Notes under the pieces: generated by a model
Told to the model about the DNA's origin: nothing
What the model saw: only the letters and a program-made list of their open reading frames with translations
Databases searched by the model: none
In this document: one piece after another, positions 1-8,939 of the stretch
Numbering within the stretch: the stretch's first letter is position 1
How the letters are laid out: the number at the start of each line of letters is the position of its first letter
Translations under genes and position numbers: made by a program
Assembly (NCBI GenBank): GCA_004524565.1
Contig: SDNZ01000003.1
Span: forward strand, 1 to 62,734
Direction: 5' to 3'
Source: Candidatus Thorarchaeota archaeon
GTDB lineage: Archaea > Asgardarchaeota > Thorarchaeia > Thorarchaeales > Thorarchaeaceae
Length of the DNA stretch: 62,734 nt

Positions 1-1185
1 AACCCCCAGGGTTTCGTACTTAGGAGCCTTTCCTGCTTTGAGATACTCCTTTGCTTTCTCATATCCCTCAACGAATGTTGTTGGGGGTACGTCTCGACCA
101 CCGAGTCCGACGACAAAGTCGATAATCATTGGTCTCTCCTTGGCTTCGTATAAGGCAGTTCTGACCTCAAGAGCCAACGGATGAGTAGCTCCTCCGAAGG
201 ACATTGCCTTTTCGAAGATGACTACTGCTTTGGCATTACCTACTGCCTTGGCAATTTCCTCAGCTGGGAATGGACGGAACATTTTGAGTCTGATTACTCC
301 GACTTTTTCGCCCTTCTCGCGAAGGACATCAGCTACGATCTTAGCAGTTCCTCCCATAGTGCTCATTGCGATTATGATGATGTCCGCATCTTCAGTCTTG
401 TAGGTCTCGAACATTCCGTATTTTCGCCCAGTGATCTTCTCAAACTCCGCCTCCACTTCCTTGTAGACCTTAGGAACGTTTTGAATCGCCTTATCCTGCT
501 GCTCTTTAAACTCAAAGTAGTAATCTGTCAGGGCTAAGGGTCCCATAGTGAGTGGATCACTGGGATTGAGTGGTTGTACTGGGTCTCTCACACCAACGAA
601 CTTCTCCACAACATCATCCGGGAGCATTTCTACTCGCTCAACGTTGTGGCTTAGAATAAAACCATCAATACCGACCATTACTGGTAGCAGCACATCATGA
701 TGCTCTGCTAGTTTGAATGCCATCAGAGTTGTGTCATAGGCTTCCTGGCAGCTCTGGCAGTAGAGTTGAATGAATCCACTGTCTCGCATTCCCATGCCAT
801 CACTATGATCATTGTGAATGTTAATTGGTCCAGAGAGTGCTCTGTTTGCAACGGTGAAGACTATTGGCATTCTCATTGATGCCGCAACGTACAGAATCTC
901 CCACATGAGTGCAAGTCCTGCAGATGCAGAAGCTGTAGCAACCCTTGCTCCAACTGCTGATGCTCCAACACACGCACTCATTGCAGAATGTTCAGACTCA
1001 ACGGGAATGACTGCTGCGTTTACTTCACCATCAGCTGCGAATTTCTGATAATCTTCAACAATAATTGTCTGTGGAGTAATTGGATAAGCTGCGAGAACAT
1101 CCAAGTTTGCTTGCTTGAGTGCATGTGCAATAGCAGCATCTCCAGTTAGACCCTCGATAGTGATCTTGTCTTTTGAAATGGTCAT
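1..1185 (-). CDS. porA: Pyruvate/2-oxoacid:ferredoxin oxidoreductase alpha subunit (3' end runs off the window)
   Basis: Not in the ORF track because it is truncated. Manual translation from ATG 1185 gives MTISKDKITIEGLTGDAAIAHALKQANLDVLAAYPITPQTIIVE, with the YPITPQT PorA motif; GGAG SD upstream. Confidence 0.93.
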   Translation of the reverse strand, partial: MTISKDKITIEGLTGDAAIAHALKQANLDVLAAYPITPQTIIVEDYQKFAADGEVNAAVIPVESEHSAMSACVGASAVGARVATASASAGLALMWEILYVAASMRMPIVFTVANRALSGPINIHNDHSDGMGMRDSGFIQLYCQSCQEAYDTTLMAFKLAEHHDVLLPVMVGIDGFILSHNVERVEMLPDDVVEKFVGVRDPVQPLNPSDPLTMGPLALTDYYFEFKEQQDKAIQNVPKVYKEVEAEFEKITGRKYGMFETYKTEDADIIIIAMSTMGGTAKIVADVLREKGEKVGVIRLKMFRPFPAEEIAKAVGNAKAVVIFEKAMSFGGATHPLALEVRTALYEAKERPMIIDFVVGLGGRDVPPTTFVEGYEKAKEYLKAGKAPKYETLGV

Positions 1186-1191
1186 GTTCAA

Positions 1192-1488
1192 TCACTCCTT
1201 CTCCATGTGGATGCTTTCGGTCGGGCACTCGTTGGCGCATATCCCGCATCCTTTACAGTACTCGTAGTTGAAGGCATAAACATACTTGCCATCCTTCTCA
1301 GTCAGCATGACTGACATGTCCGGACAGAAAATCCAGCAACGTCCGCATGTACCGTTCTTCACCCAAAGGCAAGTATCCGGATTGTGGATAGGTCTCTCAG
1401 CTCTCCATCCGCCAGTCTTGTACTTCTTCGAGTTGCCTGGTTCAATGATGTTACCAGCCATTGGGATCTCGTTGTATTTCTCGCTCAT
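1192..1488 (-). CDS. porD: 2-oxoacid:ferredoxin oxidoreductase delta subunit (2x[4Fe-4S])
   Basis: KTGGWR..RP, C..CWIFCPD and YEYCKGCGICANECP motifs; lies between porG and porA. Confidence 0.93.
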   Translation of the reverse strand: MSEKYNEIPMAGNIIEPGNSKKYKTGGWRAERPIHNPDTCLWVKNGTCGRCWIFCPDMSVMLTEKDGKYVYAFNYEYCKGCGICANECPTESIHMEKE

Positions 1489-2060
1489 CCGACTTGTGCC
1501 TCCTTTACAGCTCGCTCAATTGCGACCTTGTTCAAATCTCCAACCTTTCCAGGATAACGATTGAGGACTTCTCCGATAACAGTATCAACTTTCACTACAC
1601 CTGTGGCAGATACAGCAGCCGCCATAGTCGGCATATTATAGAATGGCCGTCCCATGACTTCCATGGCTATAGTGCTTGCATCTACTGTGACCACCTTTCC
1701 ACCCTCGAATCCAAGTTTGGTTCGAATGTCTTTCGGATCACGTTCTGTGTTGACTACTAGGGTTCCCTCAGACTTTAATCCCTCAGCTGGATTTACAACG
1801 TCAAGTAAGGTGGGGTCGATACAGACCACAACATCCGGGTGGTACACTTGTGCGTACACCTGGATGGGTTCCTTACTGATTCGCAAAAACGCTCTTACTG
1901 GGGCTCCAGTCCTTTCTGGCCCAAATTCGGGGAAGGCTTGGATATAATTACCCTCTGAAAGAGCGGCCTTGCCTAGCATCTGGTTTGAGGTTACGACTCC
2001 TTGGCCACCTCTGCCGTGCCAGCGAAATTCAGTAATGCCTTTTGCAAAGTCCATACTCAT
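1485..2060 (-). CDS. porG: 2-oxoacid:ferredoxin oxidoreductase gamma subunit
   Basis: RWHGRGGQGVVT and FPEFGPERTGAPV motifs. Start moved to ATG 2060, which follows a GGTGA SD. Confidence 0.93.
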   Translation of the reverse strand: MSMDFAKGITEFRWHGRGGQGVVTSNQMLGKAALSEGNYIQAFPEFGPERTGAPVRAFLRISKEPIQVYAQVYHPDVVVCIDPTLLDVVNPAEGLKSEGTLVVNTERDPKDIRTKLGFEGGKVVTVDASTIAMEVMGRPFYNMPTMAAAVSATGVVKVDTVIGEVLNRYPGKVGDLNKVAIERAVKEAQVG

Positions 2061-2204
2061 TGTCAGTATCACCTACAGGGTGAATTCACGGGCTTGAGCC
2101 CTGCAGGGTGCTTATGTATTTACTGGCGTGACCCTCTGTTTTTTTCTCTGAGAGTATCATGAAAGTTTGAGATTCTTCCAGACCTATGATAATCTACATT
2201 TGGG

Positions 2205-3584
2205 TCATTTTCTTTTCTTTACAAAGATAACGCCAATGAGAACAATGACAACTGCTGAACCACCAATAGCTAAGAATAGAGGTTCTATCGGCAATGATGT
2301 TCCAGTCGTAGTAGTAGTTTCATTTCCACTTGTACTAGGTGCAACGTACCACGGTGGGATTGATTCATTTGGAGCAGCCATTGGGTGGAGGTCGCTATTC
2401 TCAGCATCTCCATCAATCTCATATGGGATATCCACGATGCTGTCATTATTTGCATCTGGAGCTATCCAGTCATCCCAGTAATTTGAATCGAAGACATTGT
2501 TCGCTCCATCATCAGTAGCCTGACATGTATCACCATTCATGAAGAAGTAATTGTTCTGAATCAGGTTATTGTCAGCATTTGCTGTCAGGTCCAAACCCCA
2601 TCTTGAATTATTGGCAAAGACATTCCTTGCAACAATATTGTTTGCTCCACCTACCCCATCGGAGTAGGAATAGTAGAATCTCAGACCGATCTCCTCACAA
2701 TCAAATATGTAATTGTCAGTGAACGTGTTATTTTCTGTGATTACCGTTATGCCAAATTCTACACGCGATATCGTATTGTGTTCGAAGGTTGCGTTTCCAC
2801 CAGTGATATGAATTCCCGTTTGACAATCTGTGATATTGTTGAAGTTGATGTGATGTGAAGCTGTTTCAAGAACTATTCCTTTTTGGGCATGATCATAGAT
2901 ATCATTGTTTTCTACAATGCAATTCTCTGCTTCTAGAAGTGTAATTCCACCTGGACTATTTCCGTATACAGTGTTCCCGACGATAGTGATGTTGTGACTT
3001 GTTGCTGAACCAAAGGGATTGCCAATATGAATTCCAAAGTTTTCATTATCATATACTATGTTATTCTTCACCGTTACATTCACAGATCCATCTTCTACGA
3101 TAATGCCTCCAAATGGGCTATCCTGTACATCATTTCCCTCGATAATATAGTCCTCAACAGTAACAACATGAATACCCGCTGCTGCTCTACGTACGGTGTT
3201 ATCCCTGATGACTCCATTAGCTGCATTGACTATGGCAATACCACACCAAACATATGCCAATCCATCCAATTGATTATCGATGAACTCATAATGCAGGTCA
3301 GAATTTTCAACTCTAAACATCCATTCTGCTGCTGCAAAACTGTAGCCTGAGATGACGATTGGGCTCTCTGGAGAACCATCCCCTGGCCAATCTTCAATTG
3401 CATCTTGTGCAAGAAATTCTGCATTCCCATCAATGTTAATAATAGCATGAGGAGTGTAGGTCTGTGTAATTGTCGCAGAATCTGCTGGATTCAATTCTAG
3501 AGCCATTGAAGTTCCTGAAATATTAAGCACGAGTAGCGAGAGTACTGCTGTAAGTAGCAGAATATTCAACCTTTTTCGATTCAT
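2205..3584 (-). CDS. Secreted right-handed beta-helix (NosD/pectin-lyase-like) protein with C-terminal membrane anchor
   Basis: Signal peptide, repeated I.NN.I..N..GI units, Thr-rich linker, TM helix and KKRK tail. Confidence 0.8.
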   Translation of the reverse strand: MNRKRLNILLLTAVLSLLVLNISGTSMALELNPADSATITQTYTPHAIINIDGNAEFLAQDAIEDWPGDGSPESPIVISGYSFAAAEWMFRVENSDLHYEFIDNQLDGLAYVWCGIAIVNAANGVIRDNTVRRAAAGIHVVTVEDYIIEGNDVQDSPFGGIIVEDGSVNVTVKNNIVYDNENFGIHIGNPFGSATSHNITIVGNTVYGNSPGGITLLEAENCIVENNDIYDHAQKGIVLETASHHINFNNITDCQTGIHITGGNATFEHNTISRVEFGITVITENNTFTDNYIFDCEEIGLRFYYSYSDGVGGANNIVARNVFANNSRWGLDLTANADNNLIQNNYFFMNGDTCQATDDGANNVFDSNYWDDWIAPDANNDSIVDIPYEIDGDAENSDLHPMAAPNESIPPWYVAPSTSGNETTTTTGTSLPIEPLFLAIGGSAVVIVLIGVIFVKKRK

Positions 3585-3683
3585 TAGCGTCCAACCCAAA
3601 CCGCCGCGTATCCCTTTTCTATCTCTTATTGATTAATAGAGTTCGTTTACCAGCAATGGATACTACTGAAAGGACAATACGCT

Positions 3684-4877
3684 CTATGCGAATCTTTTGA
3701 CTAGTAGAAGTATGATTACGAAGCAAGCTACAGTTATTCCGGATGCAACCATTACAAGTTCGGTCCCAATTCCTCCGAGGATGAATGATATCACTGATAC
3801 CACAACGATATCTCTTCCCACATTCCCTGCACCATCAGTCACATTGAGATCGATAGTATGAGTTCCAAGACCTAACTCATCCAGAGAAAATTCAATATCT
3901 CGACCATCCCATGCGCTATCTTCAACTAGTTCATCATTCACATATATCTGATAGTGACTGGGGAATGTATCATTAGCCGTCCAAGTGAGAGTTTCTCCAT
4001 TACTCTCGACATCTATTACTAGATCATAATGCCCGAGTACTACTGGTCGCGTTTCATCTGTCAACTTCGTGGCATATGGGTCAATAGAGCTTCCTGAACC
4101 CTGAATGGAATAGACTGCTGATGAATTAAAATCTGACCATTCATTACCAATACTTACACTATCTGTGAATTCAGTATTATCTCCATCATCAACTGCATTA
4201 TGAACTCCATTCCATCCAATCATATTTCCAAAAATAATATTGTTCTCGCAAAAAGCATAGACATGTACTCCATATTGATTATTAGAATAAATGGAGTTAT
4301 TGATGATATTACAGGAGTCTGAACTGAATATCCTTGCTCCAATTGTGTTGCCAAAAATTGAACAATCAATAATCGTACAGTTATCCGAAGAATCAGTCAG
4401 GATTCCCGCATAGGAATCTATTGCAAAACAATCGCGAATTGTGCAATCTGTTGAAGCTCGGATTTCAATAGAAATATCTCCACCGCGCACATAACAATTT
4501 TCGATTGTTCCATGTTCAACACGATCGAAGCGAACCACTGCTGATCCGATGATTGCTAATTCATTAGGCGTATAGGTAAATTCAGAATCGCGAATAACAA
4601 AGAATGCCGTTGTGTCATGAATGTAAATGCAGTTCACAGCAGAGATTACTTTTCCTTCAATAATATATGGATCACTTCTTGTCCCAACACCCGCAGTGCT
4701 TAGTTGAGCTAATTCTGGATTACTTCCTATCGCTATTGGTGTTTCAATTTGACTTGTAATCATTGTACGGGCTGATTTGTTTGAATTCGCAGAGATTGAG
4801 TGTGCAGCAGGACTGAGACCTAGTGATGAAATAAAAAGTAGGATTAGAAGACTGCAAGCTATTCTGCTGTTATTCAC
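3684..4877 (-). CDS. Beta-helix (NosD-like) surface protein with Ig-like domain and C-terminal anchor
   Basis: Signal peptide, DPYIIEG motif, NC.I.N..I..N..G repeats, W.A.D..P..Y.IY beta-sandwich, TM helix and KR tail. Confidence 0.8.
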   Translation of the reverse strand: MNNSRIACSLLILLFISSLGLSPAAHSISANSNKSARTMITSQIETPIAIGSNPELAQLSTAGVGTRSDPYIIEGKVISAVNCIYIHDTTAFFVIRDSEFTYTPNELAIIGSAVVRFDRVEHGTIENCYVRGGDISIEIRASTDCTIRDCFAIDSYAGILTDSSDNCTIIDCSIFGNTIGARIFSSDSCNIINNSIYSNNQYGVHVYAFCENNIIFGNMIGWNGVHNAVDDGDNTEFTDSVSIGNEWSDFNSSAVYSIQGSGSSIDPYATKLTDETRPVVLGHYDLVIDVESNGETLTWTANDTFPSHYQIYVNDELVEDSAWDGRDIEFSLDELGLGTHTIDLNVTDGAGNVGRDIVVVSVISFILGGIGTELVMVASGITVACFVIILLLVKRFA

Positions 4878-4969
4878 TCTCTCAAGCTCCCTAAATTTCT
4901 ACTTGGAGGAATACTATGTTCAGGGATTTTAGCCTCTTGAAGCTTACCAATAGAGCGAGAGTGTATTAT

Positions 4970-5575
4970 CTATTGCTCATCAGATACAACCTCAGTAAAC
5001 ACTCCATTCATCTCACAGAAGAGTTGCCGATATTCTCTGTTTAAAATCACAACTTCGACAGAATCCTTAGTTCTACTTGTATTCTCGAACTTCAATGCTC
5101 GTTCGAGAGCTCTAGGAACTAAACTGTAAAGTATTGTAAGTACTAGGAGTGCAACGAAGAACAGTGCTCCGATTATCGGTTCAACGAGTGGTCGTGAGTA
5201 GATTATACCCAAGTTGATTTGAAGTAGGTAGAAGATTATTGGGTAAAATAACACAAAGAATCCCACAACTGAAACTAGTCTTGTGCGAATTGTTCTCACA
5301 CTCTTACTCCCGTGTGCCATACATGTTGGAACTGAGAATGTCGTTGCACTCTGTGAAGCCTGAAGAGCAACAGCAGTCTTGTCATCGCTTTTTGTCCACG
5401 AACTTGAATCGTAACTGTCTGGACCATATTTCTCAATAATAGTAATGAATACCAGGTCTTCAGCAGGGTCCATACATACTGGGCATCTGTCCGGAAATTT
5501 AATCTTGGATAATCTTGTTCTTACTTTGTTATTCTCTGAACTGCACTCAGTCACATCAGTCACGAGTTGTTCCAC
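4970..5575 (-). CDS. Hypothetical membrane protein with putative Zn site (CPVC...CMAH) and 2 TM helices
   Basis: 201-aa ORF with FPDRCPVC and two hydrophobic segments. Confidence 0.6.
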   Translation of the reverse strand: MEQLVTDVTECSSENNKVRTRLSKIKFPDRCPVCMDPAEDLVFITIIEKYGPDSYDSSSWTKSDDKTAVALQASQSATTFSVPTCMAHGSKSVRTIRTRLVSVVGFFVLFYPIIFYLLQINLGIIYSRPLVEPIIGALFFVALLVLTILYSLVPRALERALKFENTSRTKDSVEVVILNREYRQLFCEMNGVFTEVVSDEQ

Positions 5576-5606
5576 CTTCTTCTTGTTCGGACTTGGACAT
5601 TCAAGT

Positions 5607-5981
5607 TCACATTGGTGGGAGTACTATTATCTGCACACTGGTCACTGGTCTACTATCTGCTGGGTCTGAAGCATCAAATGTGTCAAAGGTCATCTCATAT
5701 GTGAACTTCGTTTCTCCAAGTTTGAGCTCGTGTGCCACTCGAACTGCAAGACCAATACCTTTGAATCCAAAACCTCGAATTGCAACCATTCTCTGTTCTT
5801 CTTTCACAAGATTTCGAAGTGTTCCCACAATTTTGGGAATATTCACTCTACCCGCTTTATGTGAAATTTCAAGAAGAACGTATTCGCTTGTTGGAAAGAC
5901 TTCTACATCGGTTTCGAGTGCAATAGAGATAATGTCCTCTCCAATCTTCAATTGTTCTGGTATTCGTTCTCTGAGTGACAT
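5607..5981 (-). CDS. Alba/SpoVS-fold nucleic-acid-binding protein (divergent)
   Basis: VAIRGFG..GIGLAVRVAHEL and C-terminal VTSVQIIV parallel the Alba/SpoVS pattern. Confidence 0.55.
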   Translation of the reverse strand: MSLRERIPEQLKIGEDIISIALETDVEVFPTSEYVLLEISHKAGRVNIPKIVGTLRNLVKEEQRMVAIRGFGFKGIGLAVRVAHELKLGETKFTYEMTFDTFDASDPADSRPVTSVQIIVLPPM

Positions 5982-6087
5982 GAAGAAATAATAGTGCGTC
6001 TAACTAATCAACTTGATGGCTACGGAAGCGCATAACTCAAGGCTCATATGCAGAATAACTAAGATTAATCGTGGAGAGAGACCATCT

Positions 6088-7086
6088 ATGGAGCGAAATC
6101 AAGCAGTCGGTCTTGCAGTCATAGCAATCGTTGTAGTATCAATTGGATTCATCGCAGTATGGAATCCGCCACCTGCACCTGATGTGAGGATCGGTTATCT
6201 TTCCAAAGATCTTCATCAACTTGCTCTTCGTGTAGCCATTGTGAATGGTCTTTTCGAACGCGAAGGGATTAATGTAGATCTCGTTGAGTTTGGAAATGGT
6301 GCCCTCGAGATGGATGGTTTTCTTGCAGGTCAAATCGATATGGGTTACTTGGGAGCTGCTCCTGCTATGCTGAAGCGAATCAATCAGGATATCCTTGTGA
6401 CAATACTTGCTGCAGTGAATTTGGAAGGCTCTGCAATTATGGTATCCAAAGAAGAGTATGATGCAGGTCACGTTACAACTATCGCAGATCTTGCAGGTAT
6501 GGGCGTATTTCAACCAGGTCCTTCAACTGTTCAGAACTTTCTCTTGAGATTGGCATTGAACCAGTCCGGACTTACATATGACAACATAACTGCGTACACG
6601 ACTTCGCCTTCTCTGATGGCTAACTCGTTGACAGCATCGAGTCCAGCTTTTATTGCTTGGGAACCATTCAATGCAAAGGCTGAGTATGATGGTCTTGCAG
6701 TACCCTTGATCCAATCTGGTGAGATTTGGCCAAGACATCCATGCTGTGTTGTAGCATCTGACAATACTTACTTAGCCGAACACCCAGACATAGTTGGTAA
6801 AGTCTTGGACATTCATATTGAAGCAGAAGAGTGGATAGTAAATAATCCCGCACAAGCAATCGCAATAGCAATAGATTGGTTAGAAATGGATGAAACCCCT
6901 GTAACAACTGCTTTCAACAACATCATCTTTGATTATAATGTGAATAGAACTGGACTTGAGATGTATCTTGATTTCCTAATCCATGAGAACCAGCTGATTG
7001 TTGACAAGATACCTGCAGATACGTCAGCTTTTCTAGACAGTTTCATAAACACTACACATGTTGATGGGCTCCTCTTCTGTTGTTGA
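6088..7086 (+). CDS. NitT/TauT (SsuA-like) ABC transporter substrate-binding protein
   Basis: N-terminal anchor, VRIGYL, GEIDMGYLG, AFIAWEPF, WPRHPCC. Start set at ATG 6088. Confidence 0.88.
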   Translation: MERNQAVGLAVIAIVVVSIGFIAVWNPPPAPDVRIGYLSKDLHQLALRVAIVNGLFEREGINVDLVEFGNGALEMDGFLAGQIDMGYLGAAPAMLKRINQDILVTILAAVNLEGSAIMVSKEEYDAGHVTTIADLAGMGVFQPGPSTVQNFLLRLALNQSGLTYDNITAYTTSPSLMANSLTASSPAFIAWEPFNAKAEYDGLAVPLIQSGEIWPRHPCCVVASDNTYLAEHPDIVGKVLDIHIEAEEWIVNNPAQAIAIAIDWLEMDETPVTTAFNNIIFDYNVNRTGLEMYLDFLIHENQLIVDKIPADTSAFLDSFINTTHVDGLLFCC

Positions 7087-7114
7087 GAATCGACAGACAG
7101 AAAAGTAGGACATA

Positions 7115-7966
7115 TTGTTTGCAGTGATGAGAAGGATGGCAATAGTAGAATCTGGTGAAGCAGATGCAAAAACTCATCCAGTTTCGAAAAGTAGTATGGG
7201 AACTATACATCGGAGAATAATTCTGAAGGTCTTCCTCCCACTCATCATCTTGCTTATTCTGTGGCAGATAATAGCGACCCTCGCAAGAACATCATTGATT
7301 GAAGTAATCGAAGCATTTGTGCAATTAGCTATCGAAGGTGATAGTGAAGGAGCGTATCTCAGTGACCATATTTTTGCAAGCCTATTCAGAGTATTGATTG
7401 GTTTTACAACAGCAGCCGCAACAGCTATTCCGCTTGGAATCCTTATAGGTCGTTACCGTCTTGCTGATTCCATATTTGGTCCTGTTATAGAAGCAATGCG
7501 CCCTATTCCACCAATTGCGTGGATTCCTCTGTCAATCTTGTTATTCAGTAGCAATATGCTAGGTGCTCAGGCATTCATTATCTGGATTGGTGCCTTCTTT
7601 CCAATTCTCATCAATACGACAACTGGAGTAAAACGAACTGAGCCAGTTCATATAGATGCAGCTAAGACCCTCGGTGCAAGAGAAACACAGATACTCTGGA
7701 AGATTGTAATTCCTTCGGCAAGTCCTGAGATTTTCGCAGGAATCCGTATTGGATTCGGAATTAGCTGGATGTGTCTTGTTGCAGCTGAAATGATTGGCGG
7801 TCGTGTTGGTCTCGGTTATCTTGTATGGATAATGCAACAGGTAGGACGTACAGGCGCAGTCATTTCAAGTATGTTTCTAATAGGTCTGATAGGGTTTCTG
7901 ATCACCTATTTCTTCCTGTATATTGAGAGACATCTTATCAAATGGAAGCAGTCTGTTTCTGTCTAG
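7115..7966 (+). CDS. NitT/TauT ABC transporter permease
   Basis: SLFRVLIGF, RPIPPIAWIP, DAAKTLGA EAA-like loop, LVAAEMIG. Exact start uncertain. Confidence 0.9.
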   Translation: MFAVMRRMAIVESGEADAKTHPVSKSSMGTIHRRIILKVFLPLIILLILWQIIATLARTSLIEVIEAFVQLAIEGDSEGAYLSDHIFASLFRVLIGFTTAAATAIPLGILIGRYRLADSIFGPVIEAMRPIPPIAWIPLSILLFSSNMLGAQAFIIWIGAFFPILINTTTGVKRTEPVHIDAAKTLGARETQILWKIVIPSASPEIFAGIRIGFGISWMCLVAAEMIGGRVGLGYLVWIMQQVGRTGAVISSMFLIGLIGFLITYFFLYIERHLIKWKQSVSV

Positions 7967-8735
7967 TTCTACTCATCGCTTTCTCTTGTTCTACTCGGAG
8001 AACATCCAGGATCTTGCTTCTGTAAGCTAGGCATTCAGGTGAAGTTCGATTTCTTGGTTTGGGAAGTTCCATCTTGTATTCTGCAATGACTCTTGCAGGA
8101 ATGTTGCTCAGTACAAGTATCCGATCTGATAGGAAAACCGTTTCATCTACATTATGCGATACAAAGAGGATTGTTGATCCAGTTAAACCCTGAATCCGCA
8201 GAAATTCTTCTTGGAGATAATTTCGTGTCTGTGCATCAAGATTGGAGAGGGCTTCATCAGCTACAAGAATGTCCGGAGCTAGAATAAGACTCCGAGCCAT
8301 CTCGGTCTTACGTGCCTGACCTCCTGAAATCTCATGTGGGTAGTGGTCATCAAGACCGTCCATACCTGCAATCTTGAGTGCCTCGTTAACAGCAATAGTT
8401 CTCTTTTCTGGAGGAACACCCTTGACCTCAAGACCAAACTCGATATTCTCTCTTACAGTTCTCCATGGGAAAAGTGATTCTTGTTGAAAGATGTAACCCA
8501 CTCGATTGTGTCCAAGTTCAACTTTCTGACCATCAATCAGTACTTCTCCCTTATCAGGTTCTAAGAGACCTGCGATGATTTTCAATAGTGTTGTCTTTCC
8601 ACAACCGCTAGGCCCAAGGATACTCAGTAATTCCCCTTCTTGAATATCAAAAGAAATATTGTCTAAGACTTCAGTCTCACCTGAATCACCGTTTGGATAT
8701 GACTTTGATAGATTGAGAACTGAGAGTTTAGGCAT
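7938..8735 (-). CDS. NitT/TauT ABC transporter ATP-binding protein
   Basis: GPSGCGKTT, YPHEISGG, VADEA, SHNVDETVFLSDR. Confidence 0.92.
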   Translation of the reverse strand: MPKLSVLNLSKSYPNGDSGETEVLDNISFDIQEGELLSILGPSGCGKTTLLKIIAGLLEPDKGEVLIDGQKVELGHNRVGYIFQQESLFPWRTVRENIEFGLEVKGVPPEKRTIAVNEALKIAGMDGLDDHYPHEISGGQARKTEMARSLILAPDILVADEALSNLDAQTRNYLQEEFLRIQGLTGSTILFVSHNVDETVFLSDRILVLSNIPARVIAEYKMELPKPRNRTSPECLAYRSKILDVLRVEQEKAMSRTRQKQTASI

Positions 8736-8939
8736 TTTATATCCAAGTTATGTCTTACTTCGCTCCTCTGTTATATACTATGCTGTAAACAGGTCCGTTA
8801 TACCTAGGGGAGGCTGACCGCACAAAGTAAAAATAGTCACCCGACGCAGTCATACTAACATTAGGCACTGGTATTTGGGCTTACAATTCCCAGATTTAGT
8901 ATTCAAAGTGCCTTTTCATAACTCCGGAAGGTAACTGAC

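Noticed and set aside
181-1048. Plus-strand ORFs 181..537 and 818..1048, and the many other opposite-strand ORFs in the track
   Set aside because: They are antisense shadows of clear genes (porA here) with no motifs of their own.
2074-2106. Palindromes GTGAATTCAC and GGGCTTGAGCCC upstream of porG
   Set aside because: Single occurrence and short; could be an operator or UTR hairpin, but it is not distinguishable from chance without orthologues.
7075-7112. C-terminal CC of the NitT SBP as a prenylation signal, or its TGA as selenocysteine
   Set aside because: The protein is extracytoplasmic; read-through would add only about 8 codons, and I saw no SECIS-like hairpin.
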